Assembly (NCBI GenBank): GCA_002104945.1
Contig: MCFH01000005.1
Coordinates: 434,001-498,000 of the forward strand
Direction of reading: 5' to 3'
Origin: Piromyces finnis finn
Taxonomy: Eukaryota; Fungi; Neocallimastigomycota
DNA length: 64,000 nucleotides
Below, piece by piece: positions 37,144 to 49,187 of this stretch (the first letter of the stretch is position 1; every line of letters starts with the position of its first letter). Position numbers and translations under genes: made by a program. The notes below the pieces were generated by a model, which was given only the letters and a program-made list of their open reading frames with translations, was not told the origin of the DNA and searched no databases.

Positions 37144-37691
37144 TTTTTTTTTTTTAACTTCCGAGTGTATTTCTCCCATCGATCAGAGTTAGCTCCAATG
37201 GTGGTTCTTAGAGAAACGTTGGCTCATTCCTATTGCTAGGTGGTTGTGACCCTCTTGGTCTGTCATACTGTTTCTTCAGCTTCGACTCTCACTTAATCCA
37301 TGTACATTAGATGCATGTCGTTGTACGATATTTCACAACTATAATGCTAAGCCTCTTATAGTCAATTTGATCACGTGTCAACCGCCCCCTAATGTTTACA
37401 CTTAAATTGATTAAGGAATATTATGTGTTTTTGGCATAGCCTAAGTCACCACTTATTAAGTTCTAATTTGGAATGTACCATGTACACTAGACCCTCTCAG
37501 GCCGGCTAGACGAGTGTTATTATCATAGTAGTAAATTAGAAAGTTCATTTATACTTACCTGAATATCATAACCCAACCCATGGCAAACCCAGTGGGAAAA
37601 TCCACAGGCACTGACATCTGCGGGGTCGAACCAGAAGCCTTATGTATGCTAAGGAAACGCCTTAACAACCAGGATAAAAACTGGAACGACT
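37144..37691 (-). mobile_element. Candidate tRNA-derived SINE (about 548 bp) with poly(A) tail, LINE-like 3' segment and 11-13-bp TSD
   Basis: T run from 37144. TSD acagcatcgag at 37133-37143 and 37692-37702. The 5' head has cttagcat and B box GGTTCGACCCC. 37250-37290 matches the LINE-A ORF end (43631-43671) at 35/41. Confidence 0.8.
37612..37689 (-). other. Decayed tRNA-Ala(AGC)-like head of the SINE (not a functional tRNA)
   Basis: Sense strand ..tggttgttaaggcgtttccTTAGCATacataaggcttctGGTTCGACCCCgcag retains the anticodon loop, variable loop and T loop of eukaryotic tRNA-Ala, but the stems no longer pair. Confidence 0.65.
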
Positions 37692-40600
37692 ACAGCATCG
37701 AGTGTCACCTAAACTGACTCCGAGATCTTCGCACTCTTTAAATATATCATTAATAAAGAGATTAAAAAGAATAGGAGAAAGAGGGCATCCTTGACGGACT
37801 CCTTTCTTCACATCAAAAGATTTCGAGAATTGTCCATCTAATTTGACATTAGCCTTAGATGTTAAATATAAATTTTTGATAAATTGTAAACTCTTACCTC
37901 GGATTCCTAAACAATCTAATTTATGGAGAATATTACCGATTGGGACTGAATCGTATGCTTTCCTGAGATTTAAAAAGGCCAAATATGTCTCTTTATTATC
38001 TAATTGACGTCTACGGCATATTTCTTGGATTGAAATGAAAAGACTGATACTTTCTTCCTTTTTTCGAAAACCAAATTGTTCAGGTCTAATGAAATTATTC
38101 TTTAGACCATATTCTGAGATTCTAGTGGTGACAATTTTGGAAATCAACTTAATACTATTATTGATAAGTGATATACCTCGATAGTTATCACAATCTGTCA
38201 AATCTCCCTTCTTAGGAATAGAAACAATACTGGATTCATTCCATGAGTTGGGGAAGTCTCCATCCCAAATACGGTTGAATAATTTAAGAATAAAATTTAA
38301 ACCATGAGCATCATTATCTGAAGTGGTATTACCAGAAGAATTATTATCTGTAACATTATTAGAATCATTACTTGATGGAATTAATGCTTTGTAAAATTCA
38401 ATTGGAATACCATCTGGACCTGATGCTTTATAATTTGGAGTAGAGAGGATAGCTGACTTGACTTCATCAATACTAATATCTTGGTTGATATCCCACTCAT
38501 CAAGCATAGGAAGTTAAAAACATTTATTCGTTGGTTCTTCATACCAATGCTCCAAATCAAGACTTACACCACTTGGATCTGATGCAAGCTTTTCGAAATG
38601 ATCATGCCACACTTCTAGTTGTTCTTCCATAGCAACAACTAATTCTCCATTTTTATTTTTAATTGGTTGAGCAATAAAGAAAGAATCTTTTCCAATTTTT
38701 GCAGTTTTCTTGATCCATTTCCAGGCCTTCTTAGGATTATGACTCTTCATATACTCACATCCTGTTTTAATCCAATGAAGATATTCTTGTTTCCTAAATT
38801 CATTACATCTTTTGTGGATGTAATCAATGAGCTTACGGTAGATTTTAATTAGTTTAATAAATTCATCTATATCATAAATTCTTTCTTTTTTAAATCTCTT
38901 ATACAACTTCATTTTGATTTTTTGAAGATTAAAAATTTGTTGTGAAATATGAAATGAAGACTTTATAACATTATTTGATGAGGTAATATTGAGCTCGTCT
39001 GCAATTGAAAAAGCAGTTGAAGTAAACTCTTTGGAAAGTTCATCTGTAGAAACATTAGGATCGTTGAATTTTGCTGAAAGTATTTGGAATTTATTATAAT
39101 TGAGAATAGATTCCTTTTCCTCAATACATTTTAATCTATTCCATTTCAGAATTTTCTTAGGAACATTAAAGTCATTAGAAAAATCTTCCATAGGAATAAT
39201 TTTACCATTAATAAGAAGTGGCTTATGGTCTGATACAGGATAAAAATTATTTATAAATGATCCTGAGTGAATAAGATCTTTCATCTTCGAATTGATAAGA
39301 GCATGGTCAATGTCGGAAGATTGATCACCTCGAGTCCAAGAGATAGTCGACCCTCTAAGCGGAAGAATTTCCCAGTCTCCTAATCCATTAGTTGATAACC
39401 AGTTGGATAATTTTACTTTAGACATATTAAAATCACCAACAAGAATCGATGGATGGGATGAATGAGTTTGTAACCACAAGCGAACTTCTAACTTTGCATG
39501 ATCAACATAGATGTTGTGATGACTATGAGGCATATAAACATTTCCAATCGAGCATTTGAATCTATTCCAGAGACTAAAAGTATAAATAGAAATAATATAC
39601 TTTCCAGAGAAGTTTTCAAGTGAGGCTTGACACGAATTGTGAAAACCTAAATATAAACCTCTCATTCCAGGAACTGATTCATCAGCTTTCTTGAAAAAGT
39701 GTCTATAGTTTCGCAAAGTAACACGACAAGGATAATCTGTATTCGATCCAGAACCATTACCAGTTTCTTGGAAACATAAAAATAATGGTTTGAAAATAGC
39801 TGTGAAATAGCTAATACTATCTCTCTTTTCGTGATTCCACCCATTGGTGTTCCAACTAAGACAAAAAGAAAAGTTATCAGGCTTGTTGGATGAGGAAGAA
39901 TCGTTGCTATTATTATTATTATTAAAGTCATCGTTATTAATGGATGATGCATCAGAGGAATAAGTAGAACTATTACTAGATGGCTGTGAAACTGAAGAAC
40001 TATCAACTATTGAACTGTTATCAGAGTTGATAGAACTATTAGAATTAATTGTTGAATGTTGAGATTGAAATTGTGTTTGCTGTAGATCTGGAATATTTTC
40101 ATGATGGGAAACTTGTTGAAGATCTTGTTGAAGATCTTATTGAAGATCGGATTGTTGATGAGATTGTTGAACTGATTGTTGAACTGATTGTTGAATAGAA
40201 TGTTGATGTTTATTAGAAACTAAAATTTTACGTTTGAGTGTGGAAAAAGTGTATTTGTGATTCCTTCTACTACGAGCTGAAAAGGAAATTGAGGTAACTG
40301 AAAGTTTCTTCTTTAACATGTGTAAGATTTTAATACAATCTTTCGATGAACCATGAACCTTGACTAAGAAAAAGTGATCATTGAAAGTCTGAAAATATTT
40401 AACACTAATAACTGAATTAAATTTATCTTCTAGAATAACCTCGAGTTTTTCCCATAGCATATTTACTGACCATGATCGAATACCACGGATAAAGAAGGAG
40501 CGAATATCATCTAAGGGGATACCATAAGACCGGGTACCACGTCTGATATAATTCTTATCTTTAATATAAAGGACTGACATGATAATTAATTCTAATTAAA

Positions 40601-41301
40601 AATATTGAATATAAAATAAATACTAATAAAAATTAAAAATATAACGTATATGGAAAAAAATCTGTCTCTCTCTCTCTTCTTAAAAGTACTGGATAGTACA
40701 AAAATTGTTACGATGCTTTGTTTAAAGTTTCTTTTTTTTTTTTTTTTTTTTTGAATTCTAGTTGTAAATTTACTTTAAAAATTCTAGTTTTGGTTTGTTG
40801 TTAGTAAATTCGATTCGCTTTTTGACACTAAACTTGTTTGACTTTACTTTTCATTAAATATTTAAATTGGTAAAAAATTTGAATCAAGAATGTCGACACC
40901 AGAAAGCTTGTGAATAGTATTTTTACATGATGTAGAGTGAATCAGTCTCTTACAAGAAACAATACAACAATAGCTACATGAATATAAAAATACAATGCAA
41001 ATGCTAAAGTTGACTACATTGGATTCTTACAAGAGAAGAGTAATACTACATGAATACATGAATAAAAGAAAAAATACAGCAACAAAATGTATTACTCTTC
41101 TAATTAAATACTATACAAACTTACCTGAATATCAAACATTCAACTTATTCATCAAATACTTAAATTCGATGAATAAAATGTTTTTTAATCGCTCAGTACC
41201 ATGAGCTTAGTCCTAATAATTTTCCCTTAAAGACTAACCAAGCATCCATTGCGCAATACTTGGATTTAATTCTTTCTACTCTCTCAGTACCATGAGCATG
41301 A

Positions 41302-41304
<3 letters not shown>

Positions 41305-41342
<38 letters not shown>

Positions 41343-43314
41343 GGCATCAAATATTTTAAACTTTATTATTAATTTAATTAAAATTATAATACATGTAATA
41401 AAAAATTAAAAATAAATAAAAATAAAAAAAATATGTTTAAATAAACACAAATGAATAAAAATTGGGTATAATGTATTCTAGTAATTTTAATTAAAGTAAG
41501 AAAGCCACTATCATACTAAAGTATAATAATTGTATTTGACTTCCAATGGGACACCGAGCCAAAGATCAAAATTTTGTCATGGAACAAAATTATGATCTCC
41601 ATTGGTTGCGCTGGCCCTCCTGGCCTGTCTTACTGTTTCTTCAGCATTGACGCTCTTGGATGTTGCTTCAAACCTTTTGAACATTGACCATTGCTGGCCA
41701 ATAGCAAAAGGCATGATTTTGGTTAGAAGTTCCGCTGTTACCGTCAAGAATGGTGTTCCTTCATTAGTACCAGATTGAATCTGACGCCTACAAAGTTCTT
41801 TCCATTCCCTTGAATTGTAATTAATATTGTTAAAACTTCTTCCCCCAAGAAGGAATTTAAATATTTTACTGCACACACTAGAATAATCATACACGTTAAT
41901 ATTCACCGGATTATTAGAACTATTACTATCATTAACTAAATTACTATCTAAAATAGAATTATTATCTTCACTATTGCTATCATTACTAATATTATTATTT
42001 CTATTATTGTTATTATTACTATTGTTACTATTACTATTGTTACTATTACTATTGTTATTACTACTATTGTTACTATTACTATTAATGTTATTACTATCTC
42101 TACTGATATTATCAATTTCATTATTATTGATAGGACTATTGGAATTACGTTGACTGAAAAAATTTAATAGCTGGACTATGGAATCATAATGTTTAATACG
42201 GATATCTCTAAATGTTGGACAATCTAATAACCAATGTTTAATACTTTGATCTCCACACTTGCAACATGGACAGTAGTTAGGACAAACTGGATCAACAAAT
42301 TTAGCAGCTTTGGCAACTCTAGCATCCAACTTATATCCGCTTCTTGCTTTCAATAGCCAGTAGAAGCCATAGGCAAACTCTGGGTACTCATAACAATCTT
42401 CTAGAATAACCTCGAGTTTTTCCCATAGCATATTTACTGACCATGATCGAATACCACGGATAAAGAAGGAGCGAATATCATCTAAGGGGATACCATAAGA
42501 CCGGGTACCACGTCTGATATAATTCTTATCTTTAATATAAAGGACTGACATGATAATTAATTCTAATTAAAAAAAATTGAATATAAAATAAATACTAATA
42601 AAAAATATAAATATAACGTATATGGAAAAAAATCTGTCTCTCTCTCTCTTCTTAAAAGTACTGGATAGTACAAAAATTGTTACGATGCTTTGTTTAAAGT
42701 TTCTTTTTTTTTTTTTTTTTTTTTTTGAATTCTAGTTGTAAATTTTCTTTAAAAATTCTAGTTTTGGTTTGTTGTTAGTAAATTCGATTCGCTTTTTGAC
42801 ACTAAAATTGTTTGACTTTACTTTTCATTAAATATTTAAATTGGTAAAAAATTTGAATCAAGAATGTCGACACCAGAAAGCTTGTGAATAGCATTTTTAC
42901 ATGATGTAGAGTGAATCAGTCTCTTACAAGAAACAATACAACAATAGCTACATGAATATAAAAATACAATGCAAATGCTAAAGTTGACTACATTGGATTC
43001 TTACAAGAGAAGAGTAGTACTACATGAATACATGAATAAAAGAAAAAAATACAGCAACAAAATGTATTACTCTTCTAATTAAATACTATACAAACTTACC
43101 TGAATATCAAACATTCAACTTATTCATCAAATACTTAAATTCGATGAATAAAATGTTTTTTAATCGCTCAGTACCATGAGCTTAGTCCTAATAATTTTCC
43201 CTTAAAGACTAACCAAGCATCCATTGCGCAATGCTTGGATTTAATTCTTTCTACTCTCTCAGTACCATGAGCATGAGTAGACCCCCTTGAGAAACTACAT
43301 TTATTAAATAAATG

Positions 43315-43316
<2 letters not shown>
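41305..43316 (-). mobile_element. Internally deleted family-A LINE (A3) with 35-nt poly(A), both UTRs and an in-frame fused 324-aa ORF (41577-42551)
   Basis: The junction KLEVILED/CYEYPEF at about 42386 removes EN and RT. Its 5' repeat appears to resume at 49099, after A4. Confidence 0.93.
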
Positions 43317-43356
<40 letters not shown>

Positions 43357-46300
43357 GGCATCAAATATTTTAAACTTTATTATTAATTTAATTAAAATTA
43401 TAATACATGTAATAAAAAATTAAAAATAAAAATAAAAATAAAAAAAATATGTTTAAATAAACACAAATGAATAAAAACTGGGTATAATGTATTCTAGTAA
43501 TTTTAATTAAAGTAAGAAAGCCACTATCATACTAAAGTATAATAATTGTATTTGACTTCCAATGGGACACCGAGCCAAAGATCAAAATTTTATCATGGGA
43601 CAAAATTATGATCTCCATTGGTTGCGCTGGCCCTCCTGGCCTGTCTTACTGTTTCTTCAGCATTGACGCTCTTGGATGTTGCTTCAAACCTTTTGAACAT
43701 TGACCATTGCTGGCCAATAGCAAAAGGCATGATTTTGGTTAGAAGTTCCGCGGTTACCGTCAAGAATGGTGCTCCTTCATTAGTACCAGATTGAATCTGA
43801 CGCTTACAAAGTTCTTTCCATTCCCTTGAATTGTAATTAATATTGTTAAAACTTCTTCCCCCAAGAAGGAATTTAAATATTTTACTGCACACACTAGAAT
43901 AATCATACACATTAATATTCACCGGATTATTAGAACTATTACTATCATTAACTAAATTACTATCTAAATTAGAATTATTATCTTCACTATTGCTATCATT
44001 ATTAATATTATTATTTCTATTACTACTATTGTTATTATTACTATTTCTATTATTACTATTACTACTATTGTAATTATTACTATTGTTATTATTATTATTG
44101 TTACTATTACTATTACTGTTATTGCTATCTCTACTGACATTATCAATTTCATTATTATTGATAGGACTATTGGAATTACGTTGACTGAAAAAATTTAATA
44201 GCTGGACTATGGAATCATAATGTTTAATACGGATATCTCTAAATGTTGGACAATCTAATAACCAATGTTTAATACTTTGAACACCACACTTGCAACATGG
44301 ACAGTAGTTAGGACAAATTGGATCAACAAATTTAGCAGCTTTGGCAACTCTAGCATCCAACTTGTATCCGCTTCTTGCTTTCAATAGCCAGTAGAAGCCA
44401 TAGGCAAACTCTGGGTATTCATAACATAATTTAATAAAATCTTTAGTTTCAATAAATTTATTATCATCATAATATTGCGCTTTGATTGAATTCCCTTTGA
44501 GATCTTTCCAATAAAAGTTTTTAACTGCTTTAACATCTCCATGTTTCTTTAGTTTTTTATCAAGTGTCCTACTTGATTTGCACCACGTGTATTTTCTAAA
44601 TTTAGGAATGTAATTGACAAGGTGTGAGATAATACAATTTGAGTTTTTCCATTTGTTAAAACATCTAACCTGAGCTAACGCACATTTGGCTGACAATGGA
44701 GGAATATTCAAATCTTTTGAAATAGAGTATAAAGATATAAACGATACAGCTTTATGAACTCCGGCAACCCATCGTATTCCTTTGTTAACATGCTTCTGAG
44801 CAATCCTAGACCTGGCTTTGTTGGATCCAAGTAATGGTGCAAAGTATGAAACTCTGCTAATCACTTGAGAGTTAAGTACTAGTTTTTTGAAAGGAATAGG
44901 AATATTAGGATTTCTTAAGAATTTACTGACTGAGAAAAGCCCTTTCAAAACCTTGTTATTAAGAACTTTAATTACTGGTTTAAGGGACAGATTCTTATCA
45001 AATGGAACACCAAGATAAGTGTAGCAGTCAGTAGTTGGAATGGGTTGTCCTGCTAAGTAAAATGTTGGATCTCTCTTGTTCTGATTTTCTATTGATTCAG
45101 GACGAATCACCATCGTTGAACATTTCTGGATACCAAATTCCATTTCATTATACAAGGCCCATTCATTAACTCTTCTAAGCATCTTTTTTAAGCATCCTCT
45201 TGTTGGAGCACAAATAACTATATCATCTGCAAAAAGTCCACCACAGCATCGAGTGTCACCTAAACTGACTCCGAGATCTTCACACTCTTTAAATATATCA
45301 TTAATAAAGAGATTAAAAAGAATAGGCGAAAGTGGGCAACCTTGACGGACTCCTTTCTTCACATCAAAAGATTTCGAGAATTGTCCATCTAATTTGACAT
45401 TAGCCTTAGATGTTAAATATAAATTTTTGATAAATTGTAGACTCTTACCTCGGATTCCTAAACAATCTAATTTATGGAGAATATTACCGATTGGGACTGA
45501 ATCGTATGCTTTCCTGAGATCTAAAAAGGCCAAATATGTCTCTTTATTATCTAATTGACGTCTACGGCATATTTCTTGGATTGAAATGAAAAGACTAATA
45601 CTTTCTTCCTTTTTTCGAAAACCAAATTGTTCAGGTCTAATGAAATTATTCTTTAAACCATATTCTGAGATTCTAGTGGTGACAATTTTGGAAATCAACT
45701 TAATACCATTATTGATAAGTGATATACCTCGATAGTTATCACAATCTGTCAAATCTCCCTTCTTAGGAATAGAAACAATACTGGATTCATTCCATGAGTT
45801 GGGGAAATCTCCATCCCAAATACGGTTGAATAATTTAAGAATAAAATTTAAACCATGAGCATCATTATCTGAAGTAGTATTACCAGAAGAATTATTATCT
45901 GTAGCATTATTAGAATCATTACTTGATGGAACTAATGCTTTGTAAAATTCAATTGGAATACCATCCGGACCTGATGCTTTATAATTTGGAGTAGTGAGGA
46001 TAGCTGACTTGACTTCATCAATACTAATATCTTGGTTGATATCCCACTCATCAAGCATAGGAAGTGAAAAACGTTTATTCGTTGGTTCTTCATACCAATG
46101 CTCCAAATCAAGACTTACACCACTTGGATCTGATGCAAGATTTTCGAAATGATCATGCCACACATCTAGTTGTTCTTCCGTAGCAACAACTAATTCTCCA
46201 TTTTTATTTTTAATTGGTTGAGCAATAAAGAAGGAATCTTTTCCAATTTTTGCAGTTTTCTTGATCCATTTCCAGGCCTTCTTAGGATTATGACTCTTCA

Positions 46301-49084
46301 TATACTCACATCCTGTTTTAATCCAATGAAGATATTCTTGCTTCCTAAATTCATTACATCTTTTGTGGATGTAATCAATGAGTTTACGGTAGATTTTAAT
46401 TCTTTTAATAAATTCATCTATATCATAAATTCTTTCTTTTTTAAATCTCTTATACAACTTCATTTTGATTTTTTGAAGATTAAAAATTTGTTGTGAAATA
46501 TGAAATGAAGACTTTATAACATTATTTGCTGAAGTAATACTGAGCTCGTCTGCAATTGAAAAAGCAGTTGAAGTAAACTCTTTGGAAAGTTCATCTGTAG
46601 AAACATTAGGATCGCTGGATTTTGCTGAAAGTATTTGGAATTTATTATGACTGAGAATAGATTCCTTTTCCTCAATACATTTTAATCTATTCCATTTCAG
46701 AATTTTCTTAGGAACATTAAAGTCATTAGAAAAATCATCCATAGGAATAATTTTACCATTAATAAGAAGTGGCTTATGGTCTGATACAGGATAAAAATTA
46801 TTTATAAATGATCCTGAGTGAATAAGATCTTTCATCTTCGAATTGATAAGAGCATGGTCAATGTCGGAAGATTGATCACCTCGAGTCCAAGAGATAGTAG
46901 ACCCTCTAAGCGGAAGAATTTCCCAATCTCCTAATCCATTAGTTGATAACCAGTTGGATAATTTTACTTTAGACATATTAAAATCACCAACAAGAATCGA
47001 TGGATGGGATGAATGAGTTTGTAACCACAAGCGAACTTCTAACTTTGCATGATCAACATAGATGTTGTGATGACTATGAGGCATATAAACATTACCAATC
47101 GAGCATTTGAATCTATTCCAGAGACTAAAAGTATAAATAGAAATAATATACTTTCCAGAGAAGTTTTCAAGTGAGGCTTGACACGAATTGTGAAAACCTA
47201 AATATAAACCTCTCATTCCCGGAACTGATTCGTCAGCTTTCTTGAAAAAGTGTCTATAGTTTCGCAAAGTAACACGACAAGGATAATCTGTATTCGATCC
47301 AGAACCATTACCAGTTTCTTGGAAACATAAAAATAATGGTTTGAAAATAGCTGTGAAATAGCTAATACTATCTCTCTTTTCGTGATTCCACCCATTGGTG
47401 TTCCAACTAAGACAAAAAGAAAAGCTATCAGGCTTGTTGGATGAGGAAGAATCGTTGCTATTATTATTATTATTAAAGTCATCGTTATTAATGGATGATG
47501 CATCAGAGGAATAAGTAGAACTATTACTAGATGGCTGTGAAACTGAAGAACTATCAACTATTGAACTGTTATCAGAGTTGATAGAGCTATTAGAATTAAT
47601 TGTTGAATGTTGAGATTGAAATTGTGTTTGCTGTAGATCTGGAATATTTTCATGATGGGAAACTTGTTGAAGATCCTGTTGAAGATCTTGTTGAAGATCG
47701 GATTGTTGATGAGATTGTTGAACTGATTGTTGAAATGATTGTTGAATAGAATGTTGATGTTTATTAGAAACTAAAATTTTACGTTTGAGAGTGGAAAAAG
47801 TGTATTTGTGATTCCTTCTACTACGAGCTGAAAAGGAAATTGAGGTAACTGAAAGTTTCTTCTTTAACATGTGTAAGATTTTAATACAATCTTTTGATGA
47901 ACCATGAACCTTGACTAAGAAAAAGTGATCATTGAAAGTTTGAAAATATTTAACACTAATAACTGAATTAAATTTATCTTCTAGAATAACCTCGAGTTTT
48001 TCCCATAGCATATTTACTGACCATGATCGAATACCACGGATAAAGAAGGAGCGAATATCATCTAAGGGGATACCATAAGACCGGGTACCACGTCTGATAT
48101 AATTCTTATCTTTAATATAAAGGACTGACATGATAATAAATTCTAATTAAAAAATATTGAATATAAAATAAATACTAATAAAAATTACAAATATAACGTA
48201 TATGGAAAAAAATCTGTCTCTCTCTCTCTTCTTAAAAGTACTGGATAGTACAAAAATTGTTACGATGCTTTGTTTAAAGTTTCTTTTTTTTTTTTTGAAT
48301 TCTAGTTGTAAATTTTCTTTAAAAATTCTAGTTTTGGTTTGTTGTTAGTAAATTCGATTCGCTTTTTGACACTAAACTTGTTTGACTTTACTTTTCATTA
48401 AATATTTAAATTGGTAAAAAATTTGAATCAAGAATGTCGACACCAGAAAGCTTGTGAATAGTATTTTTACATGATGTAGAGTGAATCAGTCTCTTACAAG
48501 AAACAATACAACAATAGCTACATGAATATAAAAGTACAATGCAAATGCTAAAGTTGACTACATTGGATTCTTACAAGAGAAGAGTAGTACTACATGAATA
48601 CATGAATAAAAGAAAAAATACAGCAACAAAATGTATTACTCTTCTAATTAAATACTATACAAACTTACCTGAAAAATCAAACATTCACTTATTCATCAAA
48701 TACTTAAATTTGATGAATAAAATGTTTTTTAATCGCTCAGTACCATGAGCTTAGTCCTAATAATTTTCCCTTGAAGACTAACCAAGCATCCATTGCGCAA
48801 TGCTTGGATTTAATTCTTTCTACTCTCTCAGTACCATGAGCATGAGTAGACCCCCTTGAGAAATTACATTTATTAAATAAATGAAGGCACATTCCTAAGA
48901 GGGCACCAAGCATCCATTGCGCAATACTTGGATTTAATTCTTTCTATTCTCTCAGTACCATGAGCATGAGTAGACCCCCTTGAAGGCACATTCCTAAGAG
49001 GGCACCAAGCATCCATTGCGCAATACTTGGATTTAATTCTTTCTACTCTCTCAGTACCATGAGCATGAGTAGACCCCCTTGAGA
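43317..49084 (-). mobile_element. Full-length intact family-A LINE (A4) inserted into the 5' monomer of A3, 14-bp TSD
   Basis: 37-nt T run at 43317-43353, ORF 43593-48131, and attaaataaatgaa at 43303-43316 and 49085-49098. Confidence 0.93.
43593..48131 (-). CDS. LINE polyprotein, 1512 aa (APE-RT-zinc knuckle), uninterrupted
   Basis: Same motifs as 23319-27854 with scattered substitutions and small in-frame indels in the low-complexity tracts. Confidence 0.97.
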   Translation of the reverse strand: MSVLYIKDKNYIRRGTRSYGIPLDDIRSFFIRGIRSWSVNMLWEKLEVILEDKFNSVISVKYFQTFNDHFFLVKVHGSSKDCIKILHMLKKKLSVTSISFSARSRRNHKYTFSTLKRKILVSNKHQHSIQQSFQQSVQQSHQQSDLQQDLQQDLQQVSHHENIPDLQQTQFQSQHSTINSNSSINSDNSSIVDSSSVSQPSSNSSTYSSDASSINNDDFNNNNNSNDSSSSNKPDSFSFCLSWNTNGWNHEKRDSISYFTAIFKPLFLCFQETGNGSGSNTDYPCRVTLRNYRHFFKKADESVPGMRGLYLGFHNSCQASLENFSGKYIISIYTFSLWNRFKCSIGNVYMPHSHHNIYVDHAKLEVRLWLQTHSSHPSILVGDFNMSKVKLSNWLSTNGLGDWEILPLRGSTISWTRGDQSSDIDHALINSKMKDLIHSGSFINNFYPVSDHKPLLINGKIIPMDDFSNDFNVPKKILKWNRLKCIEEKESILSHNKFQILSAKSSDPNVSTDELSKEFTSTAFSIADELSITSANNVIKSSFHISQQIFNLQKIKMKLYKRFKKERIYDIDEFIKRIKIYRKLIDYIHKRCNEFRKQEYLHWIKTGCEYMKSHNPKKAWKWIKKTAKIGKDSFFIAQPIKNKNGELVVATEEQLDVWHDHFENLASDPSGVSLDLEHWYEEPTNKRFSLPMLDEWDINQDISIDEVKSAILTTPNYKASGPDGIPIEFYKALVPSSNDSNNATDNNSSGNTTSDNDAHGLNFILKLFNRIWDGDFPNSWNESSIVSIPKKGDLTDCDNYRGISLINNGIKLISKIVTTRISEYGLKNNFIRPEQFGFRKKEESISLFISIQEICRRRQLDNKETYLAFLDLRKAYDSVPIGNILHKLDCLGIRGKSLQFIKNLYLTSKANVKLDGQFSKSFDVKKGVRQGCPLSPILFNLFINDIFKECEDLGVSLGDTRCCGGLFADDIVICAPTRGCLKKMLRRVNEWALYNEMEFGIQKCSTMVIRPESIENQNKRDPTFYLAGQPIPTTDCYTYLGVPFDKNLSLKPVIKVLNNKVLKGLFSVSKFLRNPNIPIPFKKLVLNSQVISRVSYFAPLLGSNKARSRIAQKHVNKGIRWVAGVHKAVSFISLYSISKDLNIPPLSAKCALAQVRCFNKWKNSNCIISHLVNYIPKFRKYTWCKSSRTLDKKLKKHGDVKAVKNFYWKDLKGNSIKAQYYDDNKFIETKDFIKLCYEYPEFAYGFYWLLKARSGYKLDARVAKAAKFVDPICPNYCPCCKCGVQSIKHWLLDCPTFRDIRIKHYDSIVQLLNFFSQRNSNSPINNNEIDNVSRDSNNSNSNSNNNNNNNSNNYNSSNSNNRNSNNNNSSNRNNNINNDSNSEDNNSNLDSNLVNDSNSSNNPVNINVYDYSSVCSKIFKFLLGGRSFNNINYNSREWKELCKRQIQSGTNEGAPFLTVTAELLTKIMPFAIGQQWSMFKRFEATSKSVNAEETVRQARRASATNGDHNFVP

Positions 49085-49187
49085 ATTAAATAAATGAAGG
49101 CACGTTCCCAAGAGGTAAGGCACGTTCCTAAGAGGACACCAAGCATCCATTGCGCAATACTTGGATTTAATTCTTTCTACTCTCTCA
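48782..49187 (-). repeat. Four 5' monomers (124, 99, 134 and partial 49 bp)
   Basis: Units start ccaagcatccattgcgcaat at 48782, 48906, 49005 and 49139. Confidence 0.95.

Larger units (their letters stand above)
36225..41304 (-). pseudogene. Inactivated family-A LINE (A2): 3' end missing, nonsense mutations, SINE inserted in RT
   Basis: The ORF is split into 40137-40580, 38514-39716, 37662-38507, 36821-37072 and 36194-36754. The 5' UTR and a partial monomer extend to 41304. Confidence 0.95.

Noticed and set aside
37612-37689. Functional tRNA-Ala gene
   Set aside because: Acceptor and anticodon stems do not pair, and it lies inside a TSD-flanked poly(A) insert.
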